Shown here: positions 11,187 to 23,500 of the stretch, one piece after another
How positions within the stretch are numbered: the first letter of the stretch is position 1
Layout of the letters: each line of letters starts with the position of its first letter
From: Oikopleura dioica
Taxonomy: Eukaryota; Animalia; Chordata
NCBI GenBank assembly: GCA_907165135.1
Contig: OU015568.1
Location: forward strand, 13,020,001-13,084,000
DNA: 64,000 bases
Direction of reading: 5' to 3'
Position numbers and translations under genes: made by a program
The notes under the pieces: generated by a model
What the model was told of the DNA's origin: nothing
Seen by the model: only the letters and a program-made list of their open reading frames with translations
The model's database searches: none

Positions 11187-14090
11187 CTGAAAATGGAGCT
11201 GTTGGGAGAAATCGAAGTATTTTTGACGAGGGAATTGAAAAAGTTGAGTCCATTTTGCAGAAGTCATGACAGGAAATTTGAGTACTTCGTCGGACGGTTA
11301 CTATTTTGTGAGCGATGTACCTGGGCAAATCATCCTGCAAGTCGAGCACTTTTATCAGCGGAAGAAAAACGGTCAATTATTGCTAGGAAGACTCAAATTG
11401 AAATGCGAACGATTTCTTACAGCGAAAATCTCAAGATTTTGAAATATGATGTGCAGAAGATTCAAAGAGTCCTCAATGAAAACTTGTTTTGTCCAAATTA
11501 CGAGCCGGAGTACAAGCATTTGAGTGATATACTCCCAAGAATCGGGCGTCAATGTAATGAACTTGAAGAAAGAATAAAAGCGGCAAAGAAAACACCATCG
11601 GATGTTTCAATTCTGAAACAGCTCGATAATCTTGTATGGGATTCGTTTACGATAAAATGCAAGAAGAAATTAGTTTGCAGCTTGAAAACTCTTCCAGTAG
11701 TGAAGAGCCACGAAAATGGTGCTTTCATCGTGAGAAAATCTGCCAAAACAAGTCATCTCGGCGTTATCCGTCTCGACAAATTTCCTCAGAAAGGGGTTCA
11801 TCAACACTGATCGTGAATGATTTTTCGAGCGTATATAAACCCGGAGACAGCTCGTCGCGTTTTCATTAGCAGAATCGCAAAAGATTCAAAAATATCAACT
11901 TGACAGATATTATTTGCTAAATAGAAAACTAGGAAAAGAAAGAGTGCCCTTTTTGGAGAGAGTTGAAATTGTTGAACGCGTTTCAGGATGAGCTATCAAT
12001 AGTTTTTTTTTATAAATTTCAATAAGTTAAACGCTTTGCTGATCTCAATAAAGAGGAAAAAGTGAAAGTTCGCTTTATCGATTCTGGAATTACAAAAACG
12101 ACTTCGACGAAGCGATTGAAGGAGCCCTTGGATCCGAAGTTATTGGACGGATCTTCTTGCTTCGAGTGGATTTCTTGTAAGAATAACGCAGACTTCGAAA
12201 GAGCTGAGATCGGTGATTTGGTTCGCATAGGAAATCAAGGTGTTATTTACGAAAGCGGAATGGCACCTAGAGAAATGGCGAGGAACGTCGAATATCTTTC
12301 CAAGGTGAAATATCCACCTCTTGAAGCGGGGAAAACATACGAAGGAACAATCCTCTGGAACGAGAAAGACTTCCGGAGACATATCGATAAAAATGATAAC
12401 GCTCCTCATCCTCTCTGTCGAATGAGATTCAAATTCAAGACCCCAAAAGGAGATTCTGTGCAGTTTGTGAACGTGTTGCAGGATGAAAACAGCCATTTCC
12501 CTGATCCGGCTCTCCCGACTTCAGATGAACATTACGGAATGTTCCCAGATGATAACTATTCGAACATAATTCTCGACAAGATGGCGAATGAAATGAAGAA
12601 AAAGACATTCAAAATCGAGATCATACAGCGAGAGCATCTTTACGGCTGTGATAAGCACACTCGCCACTGGCGGGGATATTCAAAAGAGGTTTGTCTTTAG
12701 CAAATGGCGGTTTGTCTAAAAATTTTGTAGTTGCTGGCGCTGCTGGAAAAATACCTACGAAAAATTGCCAAGGATACCGATCCGGATTCAGATTGGTTCT
12801 TTCCTGCAAATTATGTTTATGAGAACGTTCCGGAGAAGCCGAAGAAGAAGAAGAGATACAGCAAAGAGGTCCAGGAGAAAATCGACGAAGTTGAGCGATT
12901 TTACGTCATTGCCACTAAGTCCATTCGATTGAAGATCCTCAAGAAAGACCCTCCGAGTCCTGTTATCAATCCTGCATTAGAAAATCCGATCGTTGGTTCT
13001 GGATCACTTTTCGTCCTTGCTGATCAAGCCCGACAGTACATGGATAACCTTCTGAAGGAACTGTACAATATGAAACATAGAGACAAGGACACGGAGAAGA
13101 TGGTCTCGTCGATGAAAGGATATGATGTCGGTCGATATTCCCCGACTACAAATAAACTTGAAGATGATGTTTTCATCCGAAAACGCAAAGTTGATGGTGT
13201 CGCTAAATACTACAGGAACAGGCTTAAAATTGTGGACTGATTTCTGAAAGAGAAGTCTTTATAAAATCTAATGACTCGAATTTATATAACAATTGAAAAG
13301 TCAAGTACAGAGTCAAAGCGACCAAACACCCAACTTATGGATCGTCTGATATTCGGATGCCATGGATGAGATACATGGATTACCCAGAAGGGGAAATGGC
13401 CGACGAGTACGTCCCTCAAAGCCAATTGAAACTGATACCAGATTCGCTCGAGCGACTGAAGAGATATCATGTGTTCCATTACGAGATCAAGAATGTACCA
13501 AAGAAACTGCTCGATGCTGCCCCAATCGGAGTCGATTTCAAGGTCACCCTCCGCGATCCCTTCACTGCAGTGCAGAAAAATAATAATTACAACCTGCTCT
13601 TTATTGGTAAGCTTTCCATTACTTGTTCAATATTCTTATATCGTTCTTTGTAGAACCTGCAGTTCTGGAGAAAGCTCTGACTCGTAAGCTGTTTATCACG
13701 AACAAACCTTCCGAAACTTTTATCGACGGACGAAAAATTACAATCGATTGGGACAGCAACATCATCGAGTATTTTCAATTTTCTAAAGTTACCGTTTCTG
13801 ACGATGTTGTTACATTCTATGGAAAAAAGTCTTCGCGCGGCACCATTGGCCAGTTCTTCCGATACGACGGCAAGGAAATGTTCAAACAACTCGTCGAAGC
13901 TAGCAAGTATCTGTCGAAAGAGTGCCTCGATAAAAAGGGCAAGAAGAAAATCAAGAATCGTCTCAAGGCTTACTTCGCCTTCAAAGTCGTCGATGGAAGA
14001 ATTCGCGTTTTCGACTATCAAACCGACGAAAACATCACTAATGACCCTGTCTGTTTCAAGAAGATTTTGAAGCGATATCTTAGCAAATAA
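11187..14090 (+). CDS. Putative B-box-like/coiled-coil plus Tudor-like domain protein (possibly two genes)
   Basis: CRSH...FCERCTWANH is followed by a coiled-coil-like stretch. Two Tudor-like segments follow: FLERVEI...KVKVRFIDSG and KYYRVK...RYMDYPEG...VPQSQLKLIP. Splices 12690-12730 and ~13607-13652 are GT-AG. The join across 11810-11930 is uncertain. Confidence 0.45.
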
Positions 14091-14357
14091 TTCAAAGTGC
14101 CTTTCTTCCACACATTGCCATCACAAATCATTCACCTGCCAACCACTTTATTATTATATTATATTATCTTTATTATATTTTTACTTCAACTGATACTTCA
14201 ACAATTATCTTCCGAATTTTAAAATATTTACTATCACCAGTTTCTTCACCTACTTTTATTCCTATCATACTGTATGATCAAAAGTAAGCCAAATTTTCCT
14301 CAAATAAACAAATTGATATTCAACGAATCGCGGTTCATTAATTTCTCCGCAATAAGA

Positions 14358-16960
14358 ATGTCTGGACGAAGCTGGTTCAGCTGGAATCGGACTCAAAACG
14401 TGCACAGTCTGGAAAGACTCCGACAATTGTATAGTCTCCTGACGAAAAATAAAACTGTGACGCCGAATAATAAGTCTTTAGTCGTTGAGGTACTTTTCGA
14501 ATTATCACGGGAAAATCCAAATTTGTATCGTTAGACTCTCCGATCGATTTCTGAAATTCTCATTTGGGGCGATCAAAATGACTCGTCCGTCTTTGAGTTC
14601 TTCCTCGAAAAGAACATGTTCCAATTTTTCATCAACTTGTTGAACTCGGACCCAGGAAGCCATGTCTGCATTCAGCTGCTGCAAACGCTGAATATCCTTT
14701 TTGAAAACCTCCGCCACGAGACCTCGTTATTTTACCTTCTTTCCAATAATCATGTAAATACAATTCTTGTGTCCAGATTCGACTTCGAAGATGAAGAACT
14801 TCTCGCCTACTACATTTCCTTCCTCAAGACGTTATCGCTTAGACTTGACAGTAACACCGTTCACTTTTTCTTCAACGAACATCGCGCTGATTTCCCACTT
14901 TTTACTGAAGGTATTACTTTTCATTTTATATTCATCTGCTCAATAAAATTCTAGCGCTGAATTTTCATGCTCACTCTGAATCAATGGTTCGCGCAGCAGT
15001 CCGAACCCTCACGCTTTCTGTCTACCGAGTTCGCGAACCAGCATTGGAAAGTTTTCTGCTCGAGCGAACTGCAAAGCCGTACTTTTCACAGCTCGTCTAC
15101 GATTGCCAGCAAATCGCCATTGCTATAGATACTCAACACGAAACTGGCAAGGTCGAGCCTCAACTGCTCAATGATCACATGGACTTTCTCCATTACTTTG
15201 CGGACATAATTTCGAACGCTTCTCCGGCGCTTGGAAATTTGCTGATAGAGCTTTTGCTTCAAAAACTTTTGAGCGTTTACGCGGCGCCTATATTCAAAGA
15301 TATTGGGGTGGATCCTTCATTTGCTGAAAGAAGGAGTCAGTTTGCGCCAGCCGTAAGCTTGACCCTCATGGCAGAAGTCTTTAGTCTGTTGAAGATAGAA
15401 GGGCTAGAACGGCTTTCGAAAGAAATGGGCGACTGGGCATGCTCTCAAATTATCGCATCGTCAGGATTCATGTCAAAGCCAGCTAATTTACAACAGCAGC
15501 TCGATGCCCAGCGAGAAATCGCAATCCGTGAACTCAATCAAAACAACTTGAAATCATCGCCATCGACTGAAAGCACCTCTGAGCCTGAAGCACCGCCGGA
15601 AAATAGAGTTGGATCGCCGATTTACGAGTTCGAGAATTTTCCACTTTTAGATTCTTGCTTGAAAGCTTTAGGTCAGTTCAAAAAGCTCTTTTCTTTGTAA
15701 AATATGTTTTTCATAGAAACCGAGCGTAATTATCTGAATGTTTTGCCTACACTTCTTTTTGTCAATTCTATGGTCTCGAACTTGAACGATACCTCCCAAC
15801 TTATGATGAACCATGAAAACCCAGCCGATGCCGAAAAACATTCATACGGCGACTGCCTCTTCGAAAAGCTCATTCGTCTTCTCGAAAAAGCCGTTTCGAA
15901 ACCCACTTCAATCAGACTGATTACAGTCTCTCTCGCGTGCAATATCATCGAATGGCTCAACCAAAATGGGGTAGAAGTTCTCGATGAAGTAACAAAGGTC
16001 GCCCAGGATTTAAAGACTAATTTGTCGATTCCATTGCGACAGGAAGAGTTATTCTTGAAGTTTTTGAAGATGAATGGCTCACACTAAAGAGATTTCCGAA
16101 AGCGACGCAATTATTGGCAGACACGAGGTGGGTCTTCTTTTAGAGATTAAAGATTCATCAAAATTTAAGTGTCATCTCTGAAATCTCTCAAACGCCAATG
16201 TCTGGCCAAGTGCTCATAAAAAGACTGCCGTGTGGAGCTGACGAGCAATTGCAGTATGAAATTCTCCTATTCTTCCTTCTCCGGCAACTTTCGTTCAACC
16301 TCAAGAACGAAAAGGATGTGGAACTACCTCTCGCTTGTCCAAATCAACTTCAGAAAGTCGGAGCAAAATTGGACTTGAATAACGCTGAACTCATTGGTAC
16401 ACTTTCCATAACTCTGCGTTGAAAATAAATTATTAGGGTGCACTGTTACAACAAATGAGTCTACTCAAAGACGATTCATGGTCGTCGATACCTATCAAAT
16501 AATTTTGGTCGAACCGGATTCAAAACTTGGTTGGGGAAAAGTCACATTCGCAGGGCAACTTCAGGACTTGGAAATTGAGCAGCTCTCTCAAGATGAAAGA
16601 ACACTTGTTATCACCGTTCGCCAGTCAAGAAAGAAGTCGTCCAAACAGGTAAATTTTAAAAGTGCGAATTCGCATTTGCAAATAATTATAATAAAGACTT
16701 TGACATTCGATGATCATATTCGATCTCTAACAGCGAGACAGCGGCTCACAAAAGGCCGTTTACGCGCTCGTCATCTCAAGCTTCAAAAATCTCCGCTGTA
16801 CTCGACCTTCCAGCCAATTTCCTTCAAGTATGAGATACTAAGATTTCAAAAGATATATCGAATTCAGGATCCGTTTGCTTCATCGTCAAACTGTTCAATT
16901 CACCGGCCGGGCCACGCAAAGGTCGTTGAGAGTCAACCTCGCTCAGCTAATTCATCCTAA
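14358..16960 (+). CDS. CLEC16A: CLEC16A / FPL-domain autophagy-endosomal protein
   Basis: HSLERLRQLY, TLRSISEILIWGDQNDSSVFEFFLEKNM, QLLQTLNILFEN, MVRAAVRTLTL, KRLPCG, LGWGKVTFAGQLQD, FDDHIRS...RQRLTKGR. Two apparent 1-nt frameshifts near 16052 and 16787. Confidence 0.92.
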
Positions 16961-17587
16961 AGAGAACCGCTTCTAAATAACCTGTAGATATTTCTCCAAT
17001 CCTCATGCCTGCCTTTTCAAATCTTCATAATAAACTCATTCATTATTCAAGTCAAAGAAAATTTCGTAAAATCAAATAATTTTTATAATTTTCGTGAGCC
17101 AATAAATCTTATTAAAATTAGGAACATGTTACATGAAGCCTATTCTTTCTTCTGCAAACATTTTTAATCACGTCTTTGGGTCCTAATAGGTTCTCAAATT
17201 GAGCAAGTTTGTCGGCGAATGCATTGAACTTTTCAAATTGATGAGCGTAATAAATAGCGAATCCCATAAAGCCTCCATTATCTCGCTAGTTGTAACAAAA
17301 GCCAGCAAATCCTCTCGAAGTCGCCGAAGGACAACTCCGACACTTTTTTTCTTGGCCCATTATTGAAAAAGTTTTTTTACCATGAAGATGTGAGGAAATC
17401 CTCGAATAGGCGAGAACAAACAAAAAAGGACATAATTAAAAAGTGAGCCGAGAAAGAAGGGCGTAAGTCGAACGGAGAGATTAAAAATTTAACGCCAGCT
17501 GGCTGACGGCGAACTGTGACTTCTTCCAGATTTAAGAAAAGAAGCTAGAATTAGAGAGGGGCAAATCAAACCGAGAGAGATATAAAA

Positions 17588-20500
17588 ATGGCGAAAAATG
17601 AACTAAGAAGACGAAAGAAAGATATTCCGAAAGGTAAGCGTTTTTTCGAAATGTTTTTTTTGAGCTTGAAATATGAGTAAATCGAAGTTTTAAAAGTAGA
17701 TAAGTCCCTTATAATGAGTGTATAATCGTTTCCGTTTGAAAGCCTCTGACCCCAAGAACATATTAATTATCCTGACAAACATTATTTGCCGTCATTAAAT
17801 TTAAGGCCGAGTCGGTAGATATCGTGCTTCTCAGACAATCATATTTCTTATTTTAACGAAAGTCAAGCAGTATCTCCTAAATTCTTTAGCTGAGCAATAA
17901 ACAGGTTTCGTCCATCGAATTCACAACTAGCTGGAATGCACTGCCAACCATCCATAATTCAACCACTTAGCAGCAATTACAAATGTCGCGATTGAACACA
18001 ATTAACAGTGGTCGTATTTTGCGATAACCTTCCACCTAGTAAATCTTACAGTAGTACAGAGCACCCAGTACTCACGCCTTTTATGGCCGCAGAGCCCGAA
18101 AGTCGAAGAAACTGAAACTTTAAAAACCTCTTTAACGCAAAACGCGATCCAGGCTAGTTTCAAAGCTTCATTGATGTCATAAGGAAGGTCCGTCCTTCCG
18201 CGAGAATTTTGCTTTTTTTCTTCCACTGGTTTGAGAGATATCGAGGAAGATTCAAGAGAATGAATAAGCGAAAGAGTATCACGGAGGAAAATCCAGTTTT
18301 GAATCTATTGCAAAATCAGGCTCAAAAGGGACCAGGGTCGATTAAATACTTTTTCGGAATCAATGAAGAGAGCACATAAAATTGACCCTCGAAATCGTAC
18401 AACAACCGCCGCAAAAGTCGATCGAGTTCGATTGTGCCAGTTGAAGGGAGTCAAATGGATGCTCTGAACAGAATTGCCCGTCGCCGCTCACTAGTAAATC
18501 GTGTGTGTTTCCCACGCTCCTGCTTTCGTGTTCTTTGTAAATATTCATAAACAGTGCGCCGTATAAAGCAACTTACACCAGATTATCCGCTCGTGTGTAT
18601 GTTTTGACCCAATCTTGTAGATAGATCCAGTGTGAGAGGCTTCTATTTACATGGTTTTCCCGTAGTCAAAGAAGAATCGTTATGCTGATCATTGAAATCA
18701 TTTTTGATAGTGGACCATTATGCAAAAATCTGAAATTTTGCTTTTGACTTTCGAAAATCAACGGTAATTCGAAGAAGCAATTATAGAGCTAGATTTATCT
18801 TTAACTTTTATATTTCTTCACATGAGCATCTGCTAAAAACGCGCGTGAACTAACAGCTGTGGGAATGTTCTGAGTTCATTTGAATAGCAACCTTTGCCCC
18901 CTATTCCCGAATCTGACGTTAGGAAATGGGACAGATGAATGATGAGTACAAAGCCTCGCCGTTAGCACAAAATACTGAGGAATCGAGGCTCAAATCCAAA
19001 CGGGATAATCCATTGCTATAATACTCTCTTTTCCAGAGTCTAATTGATTCTCGTTCGAACAATACGTTCACGGAATCAAAATGATACGCAAAGAAAATAG
19101 CAAAGAAAAAAACGTTAGAATAAAGGTGGAACGAGCCCGCCCAAAGAACTCAGCAATAGAGAGCTCAAATGAGAAGTCCGCCGAAAAAGATAGCCTAAGA
19201 ATGGCAAGAAGAAGATCTACTTTGATTCAGTTTATCCAACAAAGATTCATGGGAAGCACAGGTTAGTCGTTTTTTTTGTGTTACGACCTTTACGGCCCTC
19301 AGTGTTTTATTCTCTGTACATTGAACGGTTAAATATAATAATACAAAGGGAGCTCTAGAACGCTCGCAAGTTCGGAATCATTGCTCTTTGAATTTCGCGT
19401 TGAAGGTTCTCCATCGCTTTTTGCGCTTTTGCTTGGTCGACATTTTTCTTCATCGTAAATGTAACGGTTTTACCGGCGTTGGAGGTCTAAACATGACTTT
19501 GTTATACGGACAAATGACGGTTTATTTTATAACTTACCGGATAAATGATGTTTCGGGCGCTTTGTTTGAGATAAGCGGCGTTAATTCTACTTGCTTTGAT
19601 TTCTCTCTGGAGCGAGCTCATCTGCACTTGCATATCAGAAACCTGAAGGCATAGAATTAATAACACGCAATTTCAGATACAGTAGCCGCTGCGGCTCTTT
19701 TGATTAACTTTGGATTACCGGCCTTTCCGAGAAAGAAAAAGTATTTATCCCACTGAATTTATACCGAGTGCCTTTTTTAACGAAAACGCGAGTTGATGCA
19801 CTTGGACATAAAAAATTAATACAGAAAAGCAGTTTGTTTGATTATCATACGGCGAATTTATTATTTTAATAACGTAAGAAAATATATTCATATACACGTA
19901 AATAATAAATTGAATGCATCATCGCCGATAGACTCGGTTTTGACCTCAGAATTTAATTGCCGTGACTTGTTCAATTACATAATTTGTATAAAATCATAAC
20001 GCGTGAAAATTTTGAGGCGAGTTCAGTTTCTCAATAGTCAGTTTTGGGCTTCGTTAGAGTTTTAGGGCATTTCGAAAATTGATTTTCAACGAACCTGCTC
20101 ATGGAGACCATTGTTCCTCGTTCTGAGCGTGGCGAGTTCCTTCTTCAGATCGAAGGGGCTTGGAGGGGTGATGTCGATCGCGGAGTCGGCAGAGCTCATC
20201 GAAATCGAGCTCTTGAGTTTGGTGAAGCTGTCGTCGCTCATGTTTTTCACCGTGGCGTTGGAATCGACGGTCGAAAAGCTCGCGTCGCTCAGCTTATCAT
20301 CGTCCTCGTCAAAGTCGATGGACAAGTCGTTCGAGGTGAAGCTCGAATCGTATTTTGGAACTTGGCCGATTTCTCGCCAAAATCGTCGAAGTAGAATTCA
20401 GGCTCCAGATCCTTGATGCGTCTGAGTCCTAAAATAAATCAATCAATAAAAGCATAAGTAGCCAATTAATTTATCTCCCCACAACCCTCCTGATGACATG

Positions 20501-23500
20501 CCAACCATCTGTGGTTTTAACAGTCACAGGACGGGAGATCATAAATTTGCAAGGCTTCAAAGGGTGGTTTGGAGGGATTTCGCCTGCTTGTTCGATGAAA
20601 AATCATTATTTATGTGAAAATCTATTATATTAGAAGGCATTTCAACGACGTCGAGATAGAGCTTCGGGCCCAACCCTCAATTTAAATTTACCCCTCTTCA
20701 AAAAGGGTTTTTTCAAGTGTTTACTAAACCGCCCTAAAGGGGCCAGATCGGGCGTGACGTGAAAAAATGCGTGTTTTATCTTCCTCCCGCAACTCGGCAC
20801 GATAAGGGGCCTCTTCCAAAGGGGCTGGTTAGGTAATGTTTGGGAGCATTTCCCAAAAAATGCGCGCCAGTCTTTGATCGCTCCAGCGGAAGTTCCCTGA
20901 CACCTGCTCTTTTCACAAGCGTTTTCAAATGTTCCGATTGTTTCTTTGAAACAAACTCGATTTGAAATTGGTTAACTTTGCGCATAAATCAAAGGCGCTC
21001 GGAGTGAAATGCTTGCCAAAAATGGTTGTAAAAGCTTCCGAAGCTGTTTACACCGGGCAATATGTAGCTACTCGTGCCATTTCAGTTGCAAATTTACAGA
21101 AAATTAGCTGCACGAGAGCGTATTTGCTTCTTAAAAATGGGTTACTCGAATTGATGATTATCTGCTCCAAATCTGGACACTTTCGTTGACCTCCTAAAGT
21201 CAGCTGGATGCGATTTATGAGCCCTTCCAAATTCAAAATGCGCATTTACAATTATGCAATTCAGGTCACACAGTCCCACGTGGGTGCGAAATTTACCAGT
21301 GCTTTTTGACAAACTAAAATCACCCGCAAAAGTGACCCGCTGGGTAGATTATGCTTGAATAGTCGTCTCGGTTTTATACCGGATTTCATGGAGATTACTG
21401 ATACAAGGCGTATTTATCTGTGAGCATTCTCCCGTCAGAATTTTGAAAATAGACATTTTGTGACGCGTGAGCGGACTCGACTAAAGTGCTTGAAAACAAA
21501 GGAAATGGGATTAGGGCAACACTGGTCAGTCTTAAGGGAATGGCTTCGATACCTCCTTAATTATTAATTTAATGGATTAACTTTATTGTCCTAAACGGTT
21601 GAAGTACCGTAAGAAGGATAGTTTCAGTTGAAATTATTGAAGAGGCCCTTGTCTTAATTTTTCTTTGGGGTTTGTTCAATTTAGAGGAGGAAAACAAAAT
21701 ATCTCCTTGTAAACTTATCGCGCAGATGGCAAGGGCGCTCCAAAAACGGACTAATCCGAGATTTGTCCTTAGCGGCTTATCACTCGTAAATTTAAAATCC
21801 CCAATAAATTTTACCTGATTCAGCGTTTCTCAAAAGCGTATCCAGCATACAGTCGATTTCTACCATTCTGACGAGTTGTTCTTCGCGGGAGTTTTCTGCC
21901 AGGATACTGGCTGGTCGATCTCGCATATTTTCTTGTTTCTGATCTCTTTGCCAAAAGGTGAATTGGGCTCTTGAGTTTTTCGGTCTGCAAGCTCTTTTGG
22001 AAAAATAGGGCTACGTCCGATTTATGCTTGGCTAAAGGCTCTTTCCGCCAAACTGCGGCTTGGCGGACGCGACGGGCACTTCGGAGATGGCGCGCGAGGG
22101 TTAAGGCGCGCTCCTCGCTCTCTTTGCACCGCCGCGCCGCAATTTTGCGCGGATACTTTTCGTCGCTTTGATCTCAACATGGCCTTCGTAAAATTATGCA
22201 TGGCCTCTTGCGATGTACATTCACACCCGCCGACTAATTCGTGGAAATTGGGTTAGACCAAGGTGTCCAAGACCGACAAAGAGCGGCGTTTGAAAATTTT
22301 ATGATAGAAAATCTTTGTGGCGATAATTTGGGTTCAAGGTGATTTTCGCCAACCAATTTGCATATTTTTGACATTATGAAACCAGAAAAAGGGGCTTAGA
22401 TAATATGGGGTTGAGATGACGTCTCGCATTTTCGAAAATGTCTCACCAAAAACATCTTCACGATTCATTTTCTCTTCAATGAAATTTTATGCCGCGTCCT
22501 CTATTCAGTACTTTTATAACCGACCGGCTTCTTCGAACCCCATCAAATGAAGCCGAGCATTTATCGACCTTGTACTGTGTCTTTTTTTGAGGAGTCGTTA
22601 AAATTGTTAAAGTTTTTGACGAGCTGACCATTCATATTATCAGTGATTAGAGTCGCACCTACAAGTGCGACCACTCAAATTATATTCCAAAAATCGCCAG
22701 CCCGGAACATGACTGCTTTTAAAAAGCGAACACTTTTACATAAAAAGAGCATTTCAATTCAATAATTACCAGCAAATTGAAGTCTCCAATCATTCTTTTT
22801 CCCGTTACTAGAGGTCTATTTTGGAGTAAAATGCAAATTTCAAGGGGTTTATAAAAAGATTATTGCCCTTGCGGAAAGAGCACCGTTTTTTCATGCATCC
22901 GGTTTTACGGCTGTCCCTTTTTTCCTAAACAAGGTCAAGTGAGCACTCGCGACCTTTACGGATAAATGATGCGGAAGTAGGCCGCCGAGAAAAATTTGTA
23001 AGCGTGGTACTAGGTCAACTTTTCTACGAATAGAACATATTTTTAGAAAGCTGGCTTTACTCAATTTCACAGGGAAAATCGCCCGTGCGAGAAATTTCTC
23101 CGGATCACTGAGTTTTACAGATTCGAGTTCAAAATTTTGTGCTGCTAAAAATAATTTCAGTTTCTTTCAACGCTTATTTCGATTACTTATAGCTGCATCT
23201 AAAAGTCCACGTGACAGACTCGTGAGGAGTAGCTCATAAAAGACATCTGGATTAATTTCACTTTCGTGTATCCAGAAAAAGCCCAAGGGAGAAATTTTAT
23301 GATTGCCTATCACGTCGATATTAGCTCCAATTTTGCACTTTGGCGATATTTATCGACCACTTGCCACGGGCGATCGCTATCCGATTCTTCTTGACCTTTT
23401 CCAAAAATTTCAAACTTCGCCTTTTTCATGCATCCGGTTTATGGCTTTATGGCCTTAGAAAGAAGCGTGAGCTCAAATCTCAATGTTTGGACGAAAAAAA

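Noticed and set aside
17100-17410. Possible small minus-strand gene (MGFAIYYAHQFEKFNAFADK...) faintly like a small mitochondrial subunit
   Set aside because: Several incompatible exon models fit and none is supported by a clear motif.
22652-22671. 7-bp hairpin GTCGCAC/GTGCGAC as a Helitron 3' end
   Set aside because: No CTRR terminus follows it.
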